DNA from: Octopus vulgaris
Lineage: Eukaryota
Direction of reading: 5' to 3'
DNA length: 64,000 bases
Assembly: GCA_951406725.2 (NCBI GenBank)
Contig: OX597822.1
Span: forward strand, 83,514,001-83,578,000
Each line of letters begins with the position of its first letter. Positions within the stretch are counted from its first letter, which is position 1. Below, one piece after another: positions 41,700 through 56,210 of the stretch. The position numbers and the translations under genes were made by a program. Under the pieces are notes generated by a model. It saw nothing but the letters and a program-made list of their open reading frames with translations, was not told the origin of the DNA and made no database searches.

Positions 41700-42330
41700 C
41701 AACAATAGCAAGCATTCTGCACCGTAGTTGGATAGAGACGAAGTGTCAAAAACACAATCTAAAAAAGAATATTCCCCAAAAAAGAAAAAAAACTAATTGT
41801 GTCTGTTTGGTGGTTCAGTACTGGTGTCATCCACTACAACTTCATGAAACCTGGTAAGTTAAATACAGCGGATGTATACATCAGCCAATTGGATGAAATG
41901 ATGAGTGAACTTGCAATTAAAAACCCAAGATTAGTCAATAGAGAGAGGCCAATTCTCTTGCAAGACAATGCTTGACCACATATTGCACAAAAAAAGCTAC
42001 TCAAGTCACAGAAACTGAACTTGGAAGTATTCTGTTATCCACCATATTCACCAAACCTTGTCCCAACTGACTACCACGTTTTCCAGACATAAAACAACTT
42101 TTTGAAGAAAAACTTCAAATCTGAAGGAGAAGCAAAAACATCCTTTCGTGATTTCATCACGTCTTCTTCTCGAATTATTCGCTGCCGGCATAAATAAGCT
42201 ACCGATTTAATGAAAAAATTGTGTTGATAATTTAGGTGCATACTTTGATTAACTGCATTGCCTTTTGTTGAGATGGAGTAAAATAAACTTTCAGTTCAAA
42301 ATCGGATATTTCATTCTTAATGACCTGATA
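41700..42330 (+). pseudogene. Mariner (DD34D) transposase C-terminal half with right TIR, decayed
   Basis: KLIVSVWWFSTGVIHYNFMKPG..TADVYISQLDEM..RPILLQDNA*PH..YPPYSPNLVPTDYHVF..GINKLP..CVDNLGAYFD*; ends atttcattcttaatgacctga-TA. Confidence 0.92.
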
Positions 42331-42336
42331 TATATC

Positions 42337-42430
<94 letters not shown>

Positions 42431-42565
42431 GTGTGTGTACACGTAAACATATACACACACACACACGCATACACGCACATATATACATGAATCAGAAAAG
42501 GAAGAAAATAGAAAACAATTGACGTACAGATGTTATTTATTCAAAGAAATTCGAATTCATATAGA

Positions 42566-42684
42566 GAAATTTCTGCCTACAGCTGTTTCTACACCCAATC
42601 AATTAGATTACTGAAATAGAATACTTTAATTCAAATTCCCATATTTGAAACCAGTGAATTGGGTAGTTCTTCAGGGAGAATTTC
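42566..42684 (-). ncRNA. Hammerhead motif with long (~80-nt) stem II
   Basis: minus: GAAAUUCUCC CUGAAGA AC UACCCAAU...AUUGGGUGUA GAAA CAGCUG UA/ GGCAGAAAUUUC; palindromic ACAGCUGU; unit 42488-42915 lies between microsatellites. Confidence 0.72.
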
Positions 42685-42924
42685 CAAAAGAAATCACATT
42701 TTGACGTGTAGGCTAACTTTAGTTCCTTGACTTGAGATGGGAGTGATGAACTCCCTTGCTTATACTATACGGACACAAACTGTGTCGATAGTCAGCTGGA
42801 AAATTTTTTCCTGGGGCTAAACAACCAGTAACATCGTCCTTGTATAGGATTGCTACATTCTGGTGGCGAATAAACTTTACTATTCGGTACTGTTACTGCT
42901 CAGAGATTTAAAACGAGCTCTCTA

Positions 42925-43033
<109 letters not shown>

Positions 43034-43035
43034 TA

Positions 43036-43070
<35 letters not shown>

Positions 43071-43071
<1 letters not shown>

Positions 43072-43625
43072 ATTGGTAAGAGAAGAGAGGAGGATATTTT
43101 CGATTTTCTCCACGTGGCGAGTTAGGTAAGGGTAATGCAAAAATATTTATATATGAAATAAAAGCAGGAAAACTCACAGAGTTTACATAGTTTTAATGTA
43201 TTTTCTAATATATTTCCTAAGTGAAACTCTTCTGTGTTAGTCGACAGGTTTCGCGTTCGCTGATCATGTCATTGAAATTATTGTAATTTCGTTTTGTATT
43301 AAGAGTTTAGTCCATTTTGTTGAATGGAAGTTTGTGAATGAATCTACAAGTAGACTAACCTAAGAGGAGGTAATTGGTGAGCGTTATTATTCAGGAGAGG
43401 GGAGGTAATTGCTAATTTTTGAGGGCAGGGGATAAATAAATAAACAAAAAGTCAAAGGCTAAAGTAGTGAGATGAAATATGTGCAGTGATGGGTATGTGT
43501 TTATAAATAAAACATATGCTGAGACCAAAGTTGGATATCTGTTCAATTTTGGCGTTTTCTGTATATTTCGATAAATAAATTTTCTTTTATGTCTCGGGCG
43601 AGTCATTCTTTTTTAATGTTTCTTT
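43071..43625 (-). mobile_element. Probable Penelope-like element 3' end (ORF tail plus pLTR)
   Basis: minus: TLKKNDS/PRHKRKFIY resembles the LN..NE....CRH..KF end of PLE GIY-YIG ORFs; decayed hammerhead-like AUGAUCA GCG AA CGC GAAA CCUG UC at 43243-43267. Confidence 0.45.
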
Positions 43626-43896
43626 GCACTGGTGAATGGGGAAAACTGTGAAGTATTGTAGGATATTACCTACACATCTCTCTATGTGTTCACTCAAATC
43701 TACCTGTATTGCGCAAACCGGATCTGTTACTTATGTAGTGCGGTTCTCCCACTAAGTGCCATTTTCCTAATTTTATTTTATATTCTTTTATTCTTTTACT
43801 TAATTCAGTCATTTGACTGCAGCCATGCTGGAGCATCACTTTTATACATATATCTATATATACTTACATACATTTATATATATATATATGTATTTA

Positions 43897-43938
<42 letters not shown>

Positions 43939-43978
43939 GGAAATGAAGAAAATGCATACTTTTTGCGCATTTGTTATG

Positions 43979-44016
<38 letters not shown>

Positions 44017-44020
44017 CATA

Positions 44021-44100
<80 letters not shown>

Positions 44101-44158
44101 CATACATATATACATATATATGTGTGTGTATATATGTGTATATATATATATATGTATA

Positions 44159-44190
<32 letters not shown>

Positions 44191-44257
44191 CATACATACA
44201 TACATATATGTGTATATATATATATATATACATATGTATATGTAGAGAGAGAGAGAG

Positions 44258-44288
<31 letters not shown>

Positions 44289-44682
44289 AACATATAGATT
44301 AATAGCAATGACATCACAGCATCATGTATATTTGAATGTGATTCTGAAAATAAAAATTGTACACAGTACAATAAAAAGAACAAAAATCTAGATGAAATTA
44401 AGTCTGTTTAAATGGCTCAGTCTCACGTAGTCAGTTGTTAATTAAATTTCAATTAATTCCATCAGTTTTCTTAACTCTTTCTTCCTTTTCTATCTATAGA
44501 TGAATCATTTACTTTATTGAACCCGATCTATAAACCCGATCATAATCCCTATCTATAATCTTTTCTCTCTTTCTCACGCCATATATCAAGTGACATATTA
44601 AAAACCTTTCCATCCATCTTCAAAAGGCTGTCTGTCAATCCATCCGTCGATCCATCTCACCGTCCACACATTCGCCTGTCTG

Positions 44683-44758
<76 letters not shown>

Positions 44759-45917
44759 GCTAGCTAGCTAGCTAGCTAGCTAGCTACCTACCTACCTACC
44801 TACCTACCTACATACCTACCTACCTACCTACCTACCTACTTACTTACCTACATATCTATCTTTCTATTTATCTCACATCAACTCTCTAACTGGCTAGTCA
44901 TTAAAGCTTAAATCAGCAAGGAACCTATCGTCCATCAAAATTTCGCGGTAACATGCCTACGTCTCATTTTCTTATATAAATTTCTACATAGCTATAAACC
45001 AAATAAAGCTGCAACGAATGAATACTCATTATATATGCGTGTTTCTATATGAATAGGTGTGCGTATGTAAACACACCCACACACACAAGCACACACGTTA
45101 ATAACATGTGTATCAGTCGAATGCTGCAGTTATGTAATCGACCTACCCCTTCTGCCTAAAATTTCAGGCCTTGTGTCCATAGCAGAAAGAGATGTCGTAC
45201 ATATTCTTGCACAGGATTCAATGCACGTGTGCAGTTTCTTCCAACAAGTCCCTTGACTGATTTATTTGCCATCAAATGATTTACAAATTGACAAAGCAAA
45301 AGCTATTAATGGCGATGTCAACCAAAAGGCGTTGAGAAGCGTTTCTCAATTAGTAACGTTTTGTATCTATGCCGTGTTAGCAGCTCTGTAACCTACCATG
45401 CTGTACATTTTTTCTCTTTCTTGAACTCTCATAGCTAAAAGAACTGTTACATTGTTTCCATGACATATAAGTAAACGAAACCGCAATATCACCCTGAAGT
45501 GGAATACGGTTCGTCGCAGGGCAATGACTGTTACAAGCAGCAGATAGTAGATACACTCACACACACAGATACACACATACATATGTATACATCAATCTCT
45601 CTCTCTCTCTCTCCCTCTTTATATATATATATATATAGTATTTTCCAAAACAATAGACAGACAGGCGAACGTGTGGACGGTGATTTTGGTTAATAGAATA
45701 ACTATACGAATGAATCCTTTGAATTTAACTAAATTCTATATTTTCATGCAGCTGAAGATTGCTCTACATTTTAAAACTGATAAAATAATTAAAAAACAGA
45801 CAAAAGAAAAAGACCAACGTAAGAGTGTGCACCAGCAATTTATTAATTTAACACACAGTGAAGAGCATAGCTGAGAGTAAAAATGAAACACAAGGAAAAA
45901 TCGCCTCGTGTGTGTGA

Positions 45918-45982
<65 letters not shown>

Positions 45983-46271
45983 TGTGTGTGTAAGGAAGTC
46001 TCCTATCGTTATGAGAGATTGCTGAGGCTTCTACAATTTCTTGCTGAACAAACACACGGATGCTTTGTATATAGGAAGGAAATGTTTGTGTTGAGACAAG
46101 TTCGCTCGTGCCATCGACATTGCGTCAGATGTCAAAATGGTCGCGGAGTAACGTGGAACGAAGTGTTTTGATTATGGACATCACTCATTATCTACTCTGG
46201 CAATCGAAACCACGATCTCGCGATCATGAGTGCAACACCATAAACACAAGTTCATACATTATATATATATA

Positions 46272-46374
46272 TTCGGGTTCAGTCCAACTGCGTGACACCT
46301 TCTTCTATTATAGCCTCGGGCCGACCAAAGCCTTGTGAGTGGATTTGGTGGACGGAAACTGAAAGAAGCCCGTC

Positions 46375-46451
<77 letters not shown>

Positions 46452-46647
46452 TGTGTGCGTTTGCTTGACAACCGATGCTGGTGTGTTTATGTCCCCGTCA
46501 CTTAGCGGTTCGGCAAAAGAGACCGATAGAATAAGTACTGGGCTTACAAAAGAATAAGTCCCGGGGTGGAGCTGCTCGACTAAAGGCGGTGCTCCAGCAT
46601 GGCTGCAGTCAAATGACTGAAACAAGTAAAAGAGTAAAAGAGAGAGA
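46272..46647 (+). mobile_element. Family-A SINE, 5'-truncated, internal (TA)n
   Basis: cgggttcagtcc...tagcctcgggccgaccaaagccttgtgagtgg...gcagtcaaatgactgaaacaagtaaaagag. Confidence 0.92.
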
Positions 46648-46866
46648 TATTGTCTGTGTTTGTCATTTTGTCTGGGTTTGTCCTCCCCTAGCTGGTTAAC
46701 GATGCACAACTGCATCTGATGAAATTGCGAGCCGGGGAGCGAACCCCTACCATTTCATCACGACAGGACCAGTAGACCAGTTCTCGTTCCGGGCTATTTC
46801 TGCTACTCCTCAGTACTGGACACCTCGTCTGCAAGAGGTGATAGCAGCTCGCTTCTTCACGTTATA

Positions 46867-46912
<46 letters not shown>

Positions 46913-46916
<4 letters not shown>

Positions 46917-47390
46917 CTTATAAATAAGGGCAAACGGAAAGAATTCTGATGCCAAATATGCCGAAATTAGGCACCCTGTCCATAACCATATAATTTTTCA
47001 CAATACACACGCTAATCAAAAAAAGGTCGACAGTAATCTCTAAATAATTCCATTATGACCATATCGGACCAATTTCAGGGTTAGTTCGTAAGAACCCTCC
47101 CTTCGTCAGTGATAAATGTGGCAAAGAAATAAATAAGATACTTTCTCATACCCATGGAAGAAGCAAACACTAAGTCATGAGCACAACTAAGTACCACAAA
47201 TATATCCAAAATAGGAATTCTCCAGCCCATTTGAGACACGTGCGATTTGAACTGAGGCTCTCACAGAGTGAGAGAGTCCGGAAGTGAACACTATTAAATT
47301 TATATTTAATGTAGGATAAAATTTTTTCGAAAAAAATATTTTATCAATGGCCAGCATATTAAAAACTACCTTGAAAGGTTAAATTTATAA
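46913..47390 (-). mobile_element. (TA)n-flanked hammerhead-bearing unit, ~480 bp
   Basis: between two (TA)n tracts; minus 3' end ggcatcagaattctttccgtttgcccttattta. Confidence 0.7.
47062..47114 (-). ncRNA. Minimal hammerhead motif
   Basis: minus: UAUCA CUGACGA AGGG AGG GUUC UUAC GAAC UAA CCCU GAAA UUGG UC/ CGAUA; one mismatch at the base of stem I. Confidence 0.72.
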
Positions 47391-47404
47391 ACAACTTATA
47401 AATA

Positions 47405-47491
<87 letters not shown>

Positions 47492-47510
47492 TTGTGTGAG
47501 TATATATATG

Positions 47511-47569
<59 letters not shown>

Positions 47570-47572
47570 CAA

Positions 47573-47957
47573 AAGGCGGAGAGCTGGCAGAATCGTTGGC
47601 ACGCCGGGCGAAATGCTTAGTGGTATTTCGTTGACCGTTACGTTCTGAGTTCAAATTCCCCCGAGGCCTTTCATCCTTCCGGGGTCGATAAATAAAGTAC
47701 CAGTTACGCACTGGGGACGATATAATCGACTTAATCCGTTTGTCTGTCCTCTCTGTGTTTCGCCCCTTGTGGGTAGTAAAGAAATAGGTATTTCGTCTGT
47801 CTTTACGTTCTGAGTTCAAATTCTGCCGAGGTCGACTTTGCCTTCCATCCTTTCGGGGTCGATAAATTAAGTACCAGTTGCGTACCGGGGTCGATCTAAT
47901 CGACTGCCCCCCCCCCTCTCCAAAATTTCGGGTCTTGTGCTTAGAGTAGAAAAGAAT
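47573..47957 (+). mobile_element. Family-B dimeric tRNA-derived SINE
   Basis: head aaggcggagagctggcagaatcg (A box), B box gagttcaaattcc twice; junction tgtgggtagtaaagaaata|ggtatttcg. Confidence 0.92.
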
Positions 47958-48511
47958 ATATATAAATCAAGCGAACAAACAGTCGCTGATTTTGCAACAA
48001 GCAAAACTGCTACTTATAAAACCTAATTGGTTGTACTGACAAGTAATATTCGTAGCCACTTTAACAAGTCTGTCCGTTCGAACGGTGATTTTTTAACCCT
48101 AAGAGGACATCTGCTCTAGCTGATTAACGATTCACAGTTGAATCGTTACACAACGGGCGAGTTGCGTGCATCACATCAATCATACTAAACTAATTGCATA
48201 TGTGTGCCTGTTTGTGTGAGTGTATATGTGTATCTGACTCCGCCTCTGTCTTAAATTTATGTACCGTGTTAAAGTATGACAAGTGCACTTAGAAATCGTT
48301 TTAGAGTCATATTAATGAGCAAAGAATCACAGAGTAGGGTCACGCCTTACTGGCTTTCTTCTCATTTGTTAATCGATCTCTACATTCAAATGTTGACAAC
48401 TAATAAGTGTTTCCGACAATCTATACCATCATTGTAAGCGTTTTCTTTTACTCTCTCTTTCTTCCGTTTTATCATTTCACACGCAATATTTAGCAATCTA
48501 TATAACTACCC

Positions 48512-48585
<74 letters not shown>

Positions 48586-48607
48586 ATATATATATATATA
48601 TATATAT

Positions 48608-48641
<34 letters not shown>

Positions 48642-48722
48642 CGATAGATAGATAGATAGATAGATAGATATATAATCTGTATGTATGAACGTATACATAT
48701 ATATATGTATATATGTATGTAC

Positions 48723-48774
<52 letters not shown>

Positions 48775-48825
48775 GTCTATATCTATCTACTTTCCTAGCT
48801 AGTTACATGTATTCATATAGATCTG

Positions 48826-48895
<70 letters not shown>

Positions 48896-49361
48896 ATGTG
48901 TATGGGTGTGCTTGTGTGTATGTTTATATAAAAGGAAGAATTTTCTTTTTGTTTTTGTAATGCGTTTAACATTTAGAAAGTAAAATAAAATGGATTGGGA
49001 TAATTGGTTTCATAAAAGACAGTTACTGAAGATAATTTAACATGGTTTGTGTGGCTAATGAAATCACGTAGATTCAATTGAAGGAATCTGTTCACAAGTA
49101 ATGTAACTTATGCTTCTTCCTAGATTTTGCCGAAGAAGGATAATTACAGTTGATTAAACACATTTTTCAAATAATGTTAAAACTGTTATTTTTGTTCTGT
49201 AGTTATTGACTAATGGTCAATGGTGCTCTTGGTGCGACTATTTCGTCTTGGTTTCACATAGGGCACCGAGGAGTACAATGTCTTCTACATGTTTCCCTTA
49301 ATAAACAGTATGGTGTGATCCAAAGAAATCTGGACTGCTGCTTCAAGCCGGGGGATGATCT

Positions 49362-49424
49362 TGTGACTCGTTTCCAATGTCTACTTGCTGGATATCTTTG
49401 ACTCAGTAGATATATCATCAGACA
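49362..49424 (-). ncRNA. Older, partly decayed hammerhead motif
   Basis: minus: UGU CUGAUGA UAUA UCUACU...AGUAGA CAUUG GAAA CGAG UC/ ACA; short stem I, base of stem II mismatched. Confidence 0.5.
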
Positions 49425-50529
49425 CTTAAAATACTTACCTCGCATATTTTATGCTTATTTAAACCGAATCATTGCAGCCTCCTTTTCATATTAAAAGACA
49501 ATAGGACGTGAGTTTGGAAAGATTTAGCTGCTATTCCTTGAATGAAAAATCACTCTTCTTGGTTTGATAGGAATACGTATATTTGTCTAGGTAGGGATAA
49601 GAATTTTAACGTTCCTGACGGATACTTATTTTTCGAGAGAAACAGAAATGTTATCCCGTAACACTGAAAAAATACTTTGTTGTTGGTTAAGCATAATCCA
49701 GCTCAGATTAGCTGACCTAAGGTAAAAGCCTTACTAGTTTTGCCATCATAACTTTCTTGAAGATACAATGCCCATATTCGATCGTTGTTATTTTCACAAG
49801 TGCAGTTTTCTCAGAATGTAATATGTGGTTTGAGAGTAATTTAGACGCCATTTCTAGCAAATACTTTGAGCATGTGCTGGTTTCATAGCTGATTCATAAA
49901 TTAATAATGTTGAAAATAATAAAACCTCATAATGGGGATAAGAATTCAAGATACCTGAAGAAGTAACGAAATAATCTTTATTCAAATAAAAATTAACCGG
50001 TTCGACAAGTGTGCTTGCTTCATCCTCTCACCTTCGGCACATCAACACATGACTGAAACTAATCCGGTTGATGCTTTCATTTCAATCCATGAAAATATTA
50101 TGCATAAAAATGTTTATCAACTATGTGCAGTGTTGGCTAAAATCTGTACTTATGCTCTGTACTACGGACTGGTGTATTCATTATATCTGAAGGGAAAAGT
50201 AACAAACTTTTATGAAGCAATGTATTTAAGGTATGCAAGCACAATCAAAGACACTTGCTTATTGAACTCGGTTTTTCGATTAGTTAGCACTTTTCATAAA
50301 ATCACGTTGTGCCTATTTCCTCTCTTATTTATTTATTTGTTTATTTATTGGCAACGCAATGTTGTTTTTGCTGTTCTGCATCAGCCGAGACTGAGGTAAA
50401 TCATAATTGAAGACGCCCCAACAATGACCCTCCTGTCGTTTTCTCTGACCTCTGGTACAAGAAAACACTCAATTAAGCTAATAGTTATTATTAGAAGTTA
50501 TATCTGTTTTGAACCCTAAGACTCATCGA

Positions 50530-50740
50530 GCGTTTCTTCGGTTTCCATGGCGTTTAACTGACCACGTTCCCACAATTTCCCACGATCAGGACGACTGTCT
50601 AACGCATGGTTACTCATTGACAGCTGAGTGAACTGCAGCAAGATGGAAGTGTTTTGTTAAAACCCACACTGCACGTCTGGCACTGAAAACCACGATTTTT
50701 CATTCATGAGCTAGCACCCCGGCCACCATTCCACGTGTAT
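50530..50740 (-). mobile_element. Old family-C-related SINE relic
   Basis: cggtttccatggcg, ggacgactgtctaacgc, cagctgagtgaactgcagcaa, aaaaccacgat: reverse complement of motifs at 3430-3480 and 26740-26820. Confidence 0.5.
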
Positions 50741-51397
50741 TCACTTATTGTATAAATAGCCATTAGTTATTCTAACGTGTTCAGGTGGAATTTGAACTGT
50801 CAAGAGGTTCATTTCTCGACACATTCTCTGAAGGTTTCACCTCTTCGTTGCCGTTGTGAAAGTAAGAGAATGGAAACAATGAGTTCAAAGCTGAAACTCG
50901 CGTACAACTGCACTGTAATTTGATAAACGTCGACCGATTATGTATTTTATATGTGATTAACTGGAACCAGTAATTACACTACTGCTATTATTCTCAAATG
51001 AATGACTAAAGAAGGGAAATGTCTAGTTATTATTTGGCCTATTTATTATTACTATTATGTGGATTTGGTACGTAGTGGCACCACGGTCTTGTACTATGAT
51101 TACAATTGACTGATTCAGTCAAAAGTTTTTGAATTTTTCAAATCCGAATCTTAAGTCATTTCCTTTTACTCCACCTCACACAAATACATGACCGCACACT
51201 CACATATATACATATAAATGCTTGCACGCACACACACACTTGAATGGATATGAATACGCATACATACATGCACACATATAAATGCATACGCGCGCGCGCA
51301 TATATGTAAAGACGATTAAGGTTATATTAAATACCAAACATGATATTTCTTCTAAGATTATATTTTCAAGACAAAAGTAAAAAAAATAACTGGTAAT

Positions 51398-51614
51398 CTT
51401 CTTTTCTACTCTAGGCACAAGGCCCGAAATTTTGGGGGAGGGGGTCTGTCGATAAGATCGACCCCAGAACGCAACTGGTACTTATTTTATCGACCACGAA
51501 AGGATGAAAGGCAAAGTCGAACTCGGCGGAATTTGAACTCAGAACGTAAAGACAGACGAAATACCGCATAACATTTCGCCCGATGTGCTAACGTTTCTGC
51601 TAGCTCGCCGCCTT
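51398..51614 (-). mobile_element. Family-B monomeric SINE, full length, 14-bp TSD
   Basis: flanked by aaataactggtaat (51384-51397, 51615-51628); intact A/B boxes. Confidence 0.95.
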
Positions 51615-52239
51615 AAATAACTGGTAATATTGAAGTGATCAACTTCAGATAAGGAGATAAGTTTTGCTCAAGAATCAAGAATTATCCGGAGTGGACATTC
51701 TATTAACAAAAACACAGCCTCACCAATTAAAAGATCATTGTCGCATATTGCCCCTCGCTGAGAATTATGTCCTGGGGTCCGTATCAACTCAACCAGCGAC
51801 GCGTATATTTAACGAGCGGGTGAACTGATCGTACAACTGAACAACTTTATGAATGTCGTATAAAGTGACCAACTTTCCACGGTATTAATACTGTGATCTC
51901 TCATATATGTGGGTGGGGGGAGTCTGTCTATGTATGTATGAATGTATGTATTATGTATGTATGTATGTATGTATGTATGTATGTATGTATTAATGTATGT
52001 ATGTATGTATGTATGTATGTATGTATGTATGTATGTATTAATGCATGTATGTATGTATGTATGTAAGTATGTATGTATGTATGTATGAATGTATGTATGT
52101 ATGTATGTATGAAATTATGTATGTATGTATGTATGAATGTCTGTCTGTCTGTATGTATGAATGTATGTATGTATGTATGTATGTATGTATGTACGTATGA
52201 ATGTCTGTCTGTATGTATGAATGTATGTATGTATGTATG

Positions 52240-52273
<34 letters not shown>

Positions 52274-52342
52274 TTATCTATCTGTCTCTCCATCTATCTA
52301 TCTGTATCTCCATCTATCTATCTGTCTGTCCATCTATCTATC

Positions 52343-52429
<87 letters not shown>

Positions 52430-53040
52430 AATCTATCTACCTACCTACCCACCTACCTACATCAAATTTTAACAACGGATGAGAGAGGGAGAACCATCAG
52501 ACAAAGAGAATAGTAACATGTATGCACATACAAGTATGGATGTGGCTACGTTTCAATATACCTATCAATTTATCTTTCACATTGTCGCCTTCTTTCCTTC
52601 CTTCCTTTTCCTTTCTTTCTTTCTTTCTTTCTATTTCTTCATCTGTCTATCTAGCTTTCTACATATCTGTCCATCTTTCGACTAATACATATATACATAC
52701 ATTCACTCGCATTCATACATTTTGCCATTCTTTCTGTTCCCCTCTCTCCCCTCCCTCTTTCCGTTGTGAAACTATAATGTAAATCAGCGAAAATGTAATT
52801 GATAATATTTACTCAGCGTTTCGCGTAGTCTTAATTTAGTGTCTAAACATTAGCTTAGTCCATAAATCTACTTGTATATCTAATGTAATTGAATTAAGTG
52901 AACAGATGAATTCGGTCTTTTAATCTCTTCCACATTTGTAATTGTTCGATATAACTTCTAGAATGAGATTGGTCATGTCTCAACCGGTTAGAAATGTCAG
53001 CAAAAATCTCCTCAAATCACATTCTACATTCTTATTCGTT

Positions 53041-53257
53041 TATTCTTTTATTCTTTTACTTGTTTCAGTCATTTGACTGAGGCCATGCTGGAGCATCGCC
53101 TTTTGTCGAACAAACCGACCCAGGACTTATTCTTTGTAAGCCTAGTACTTCTTCTATCGGACGCTTTCGCCGAACCGATAAGTTACGGGGATGTAAACAC
53201 ACCAACATCGGTTGTCAAACGATGTTGGGGAGACAAATATAGACACACAAACACACA

Positions 53258-53336
<79 letters not shown>

Positions 53337-53499
53337 GACGGGCTTCTTTCAGTTTCCGTCTACGAAATGCACTAACAAGGCTTTGGTAAAGTCCAATGGT
53401 ATAGTAGAAAACACTTGACCAAGGTGCCACGCAGTGGGACTGAACCCGGAACCAAGTGGTTGGGCAGTGAGCTACTTACCTCACAGCCATTCCTCCGCC
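53041..53499 (-). mobile_element. Family-A SINE, full length, internal (CA)n(TA)n
   Basis: colinear with 59059-59491. Confidence 0.93.
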
Positions 53500-53543
53500 T
53501 AGATAAAGAAAACTTTTAAAAGCCATGTGTATATAAAATAATC

Positions 53544-53744
53544 CTTTCTACTGGAACCACAAGGCCTCAGATTTGGGGGAAGGGTCTAAGACGATTACAT
53601 CGACCCCAGTGTGTAATTGGTACTTCTTTAATCGACCCCGAAAGGATCGACCCCGGCGGAATTTGAACTCAGTATGTAGCAACGGGCCAAATACCGCCAA
53701 GCATTTCGCACGGCGTGCTAACTATTGTGCCAGCTCGCCGCCTT
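53544..53744 (-). mobile_element. Family-B monomeric SINE with ~19-bp imperfect TSD
   Basis: atgtgtatataaaataatc / atatgtatagaaaataatc flank the copy. Confidence 0.88.
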
Positions 53745-54475
53745 TATATGTATAGAAAATAATCGACGGTGGAGTGAAGGTGTTGTTTCGGATACTTCAG
53801 TCCCGGGTGTTGATGATAAAATCGATAATAGGTAACCGAATGTCGTTGCTTTTCTTCTAGCTGCCCTCAAACCACGCTGGTTTGGCTGCTCTAATTACTC
53901 CCCAACGACGTTGCATCCCCATATTTTGCACCTATTCTCCCATCTGTACTTAGTTTTTTCCTATGTGACTTTTATGACAAATGGGTTGCAACTGGATTTT
54001 TTGTATGCCCCCAACACAATCAAATATATTTGGCACTTTCGACTTTTTCGAAATGGTACAAATCAGAGCTGTGTTTTTGGCTGATAACCAGATGTATGTT
54101 TACCTATTCTGACGTTGTTGCCAGCTACCCTTGCGCTTACCACATGCTCGTATTCTTTTGAAAATGTGACTCAAATCCCAGCATTAGAATCAATATCAAT
54201 GTGTTTCACGGCTTTCTTCATTCGTCTGCGATAACTACAGAGCCATTCAGCTATTCACACCACTCCCCATTGTCCCCTTGTATTCTCGTCGGTCTTAAAG
54301 TCCCATCACATACCACCGTATGTCCAGTCACACATAAATCTGTGCTACATGTCGGCCATCGCTACGGAACTCCCCTGCGCAGCTTTGAAAAATACATTAA
54401 ATACTTTAAATAAGGAGACAGTAAAATTGTAACAGGCATCATCCCAACTTATATCTTGGAGCTTATCTATGTATG

Positions 54476-54558
<83 letters not shown>

Positions 54559-54743
54559 TAGAATAATAAGGTTGTCAGAATGTTGGATGATTATATATAT
54601 ATTTTTTAATATTAATTTACATCTTATTTACATTTTTCCCGATAAATCCGATAACGGAATAAAGCACTAAAAATGTAAAGATGTAAATGAATGTAAATGA
54701 TATATATATAATCATTGAGCATTCTCACTACTTTATTATTCTA
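54559..54743. repeat. Imperfect 185-bp fold-back between TA tracts
   Basis: tagaataataaggttgtcagaatgttggatgattatatatat vs atatatataatcattgagcattctcactactttattattcta; inner tttacattttt / aaaaatgtaaa. Confidence 0.85.
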
Positions 54744-54769
54744 AATATAAATATATGTAAATCGCTTCA

Positions 54770-54850
<81 letters not shown>

Positions 54851-55692
54851 CGCGTGTACACAATGTCAAATGTCTAAAATAACATTTAAATATTAAGGCT
54901 GGACCTTTGAATATTAATAATGCAATATTTTTTAATCAACTAATACAGGGCAATATCTTCCCTGTCAAGAAACGGGATTGTTCATAACGATTAAAGCAAT
55001 GAAGTTTTCAAAATACTTCCTGACACTGGCATGTGGTAAAGTCACTTGTATTGGGATTGTTGTATGTTAACGTTAGTTATAAAAACTACATTTTACGATT
55101 TATTTTTTTGACTTCAAGTTAAATTCCTACTGCCATAGATTTAGTCTTTGGAGGATTTGGTATTCAAGAAGGATGAGATTAATAGATTAGCAAACTGTCA
55201 TGCGAAATTAATCTGGAACAAGAGTAATTTCTATTTTGAATGCAATTTGTGAAGATTTGTAAGCGTTTTCTGTTACCATATCAAAATAAACGAATGAAAG
55301 GAAATGGAATATCCGTTTTATTATTAATTAAATGCGTTTGGCATAACGAAAATACTGAAAGTAACAGCAATTTCATTTTCAACAATGAATTTTGTTTTCT
55401 TAAACGTAAAATTTCTCATTGTGCTAAAAAGATATTAACAACCTTATGATTAAATCAGAAACAGATATTTTGTTAGGATTGTCCATAATGTAAATATGTT
55501 ATAATGAATCTATATGAAAAAGATTCTACGCTTTCCATTAATAGTTGTAGCTTTGGATTTAAGAATTTCAACGTTGAACGTTATAAGCAAGACAGTATTT
55601 CCTTATTTCGCTTATATGGGCTTCTCTCGCTTATTTTTACTGTTGAAATTTACCTCTCTCCCTCTCTCCCTCTCTCCCTTCCTTCTTCGACT

Positions 55693-56187
<495 letters not shown>

Positions 56188-56210
56188 TATTATTATTATT
56201 ATTATTATTT

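Noticed and set aside
46716-46860. CTGATGA at 46716 and nested hairpins nearby
   Set aside because: tgatgaaat/atttcatca is a plain inverted repeat; hammerhead element order not met
49948-49978. CTGAAGAAGTAACGAAATAATCTT
   Set aside because: Stem II only 2 bp with a 1-nt loop and no stem III; likely chance
53780-54410. Complex stretch possibly from a LINE ORF1
   Set aside because: No convincing motif; multiple stops
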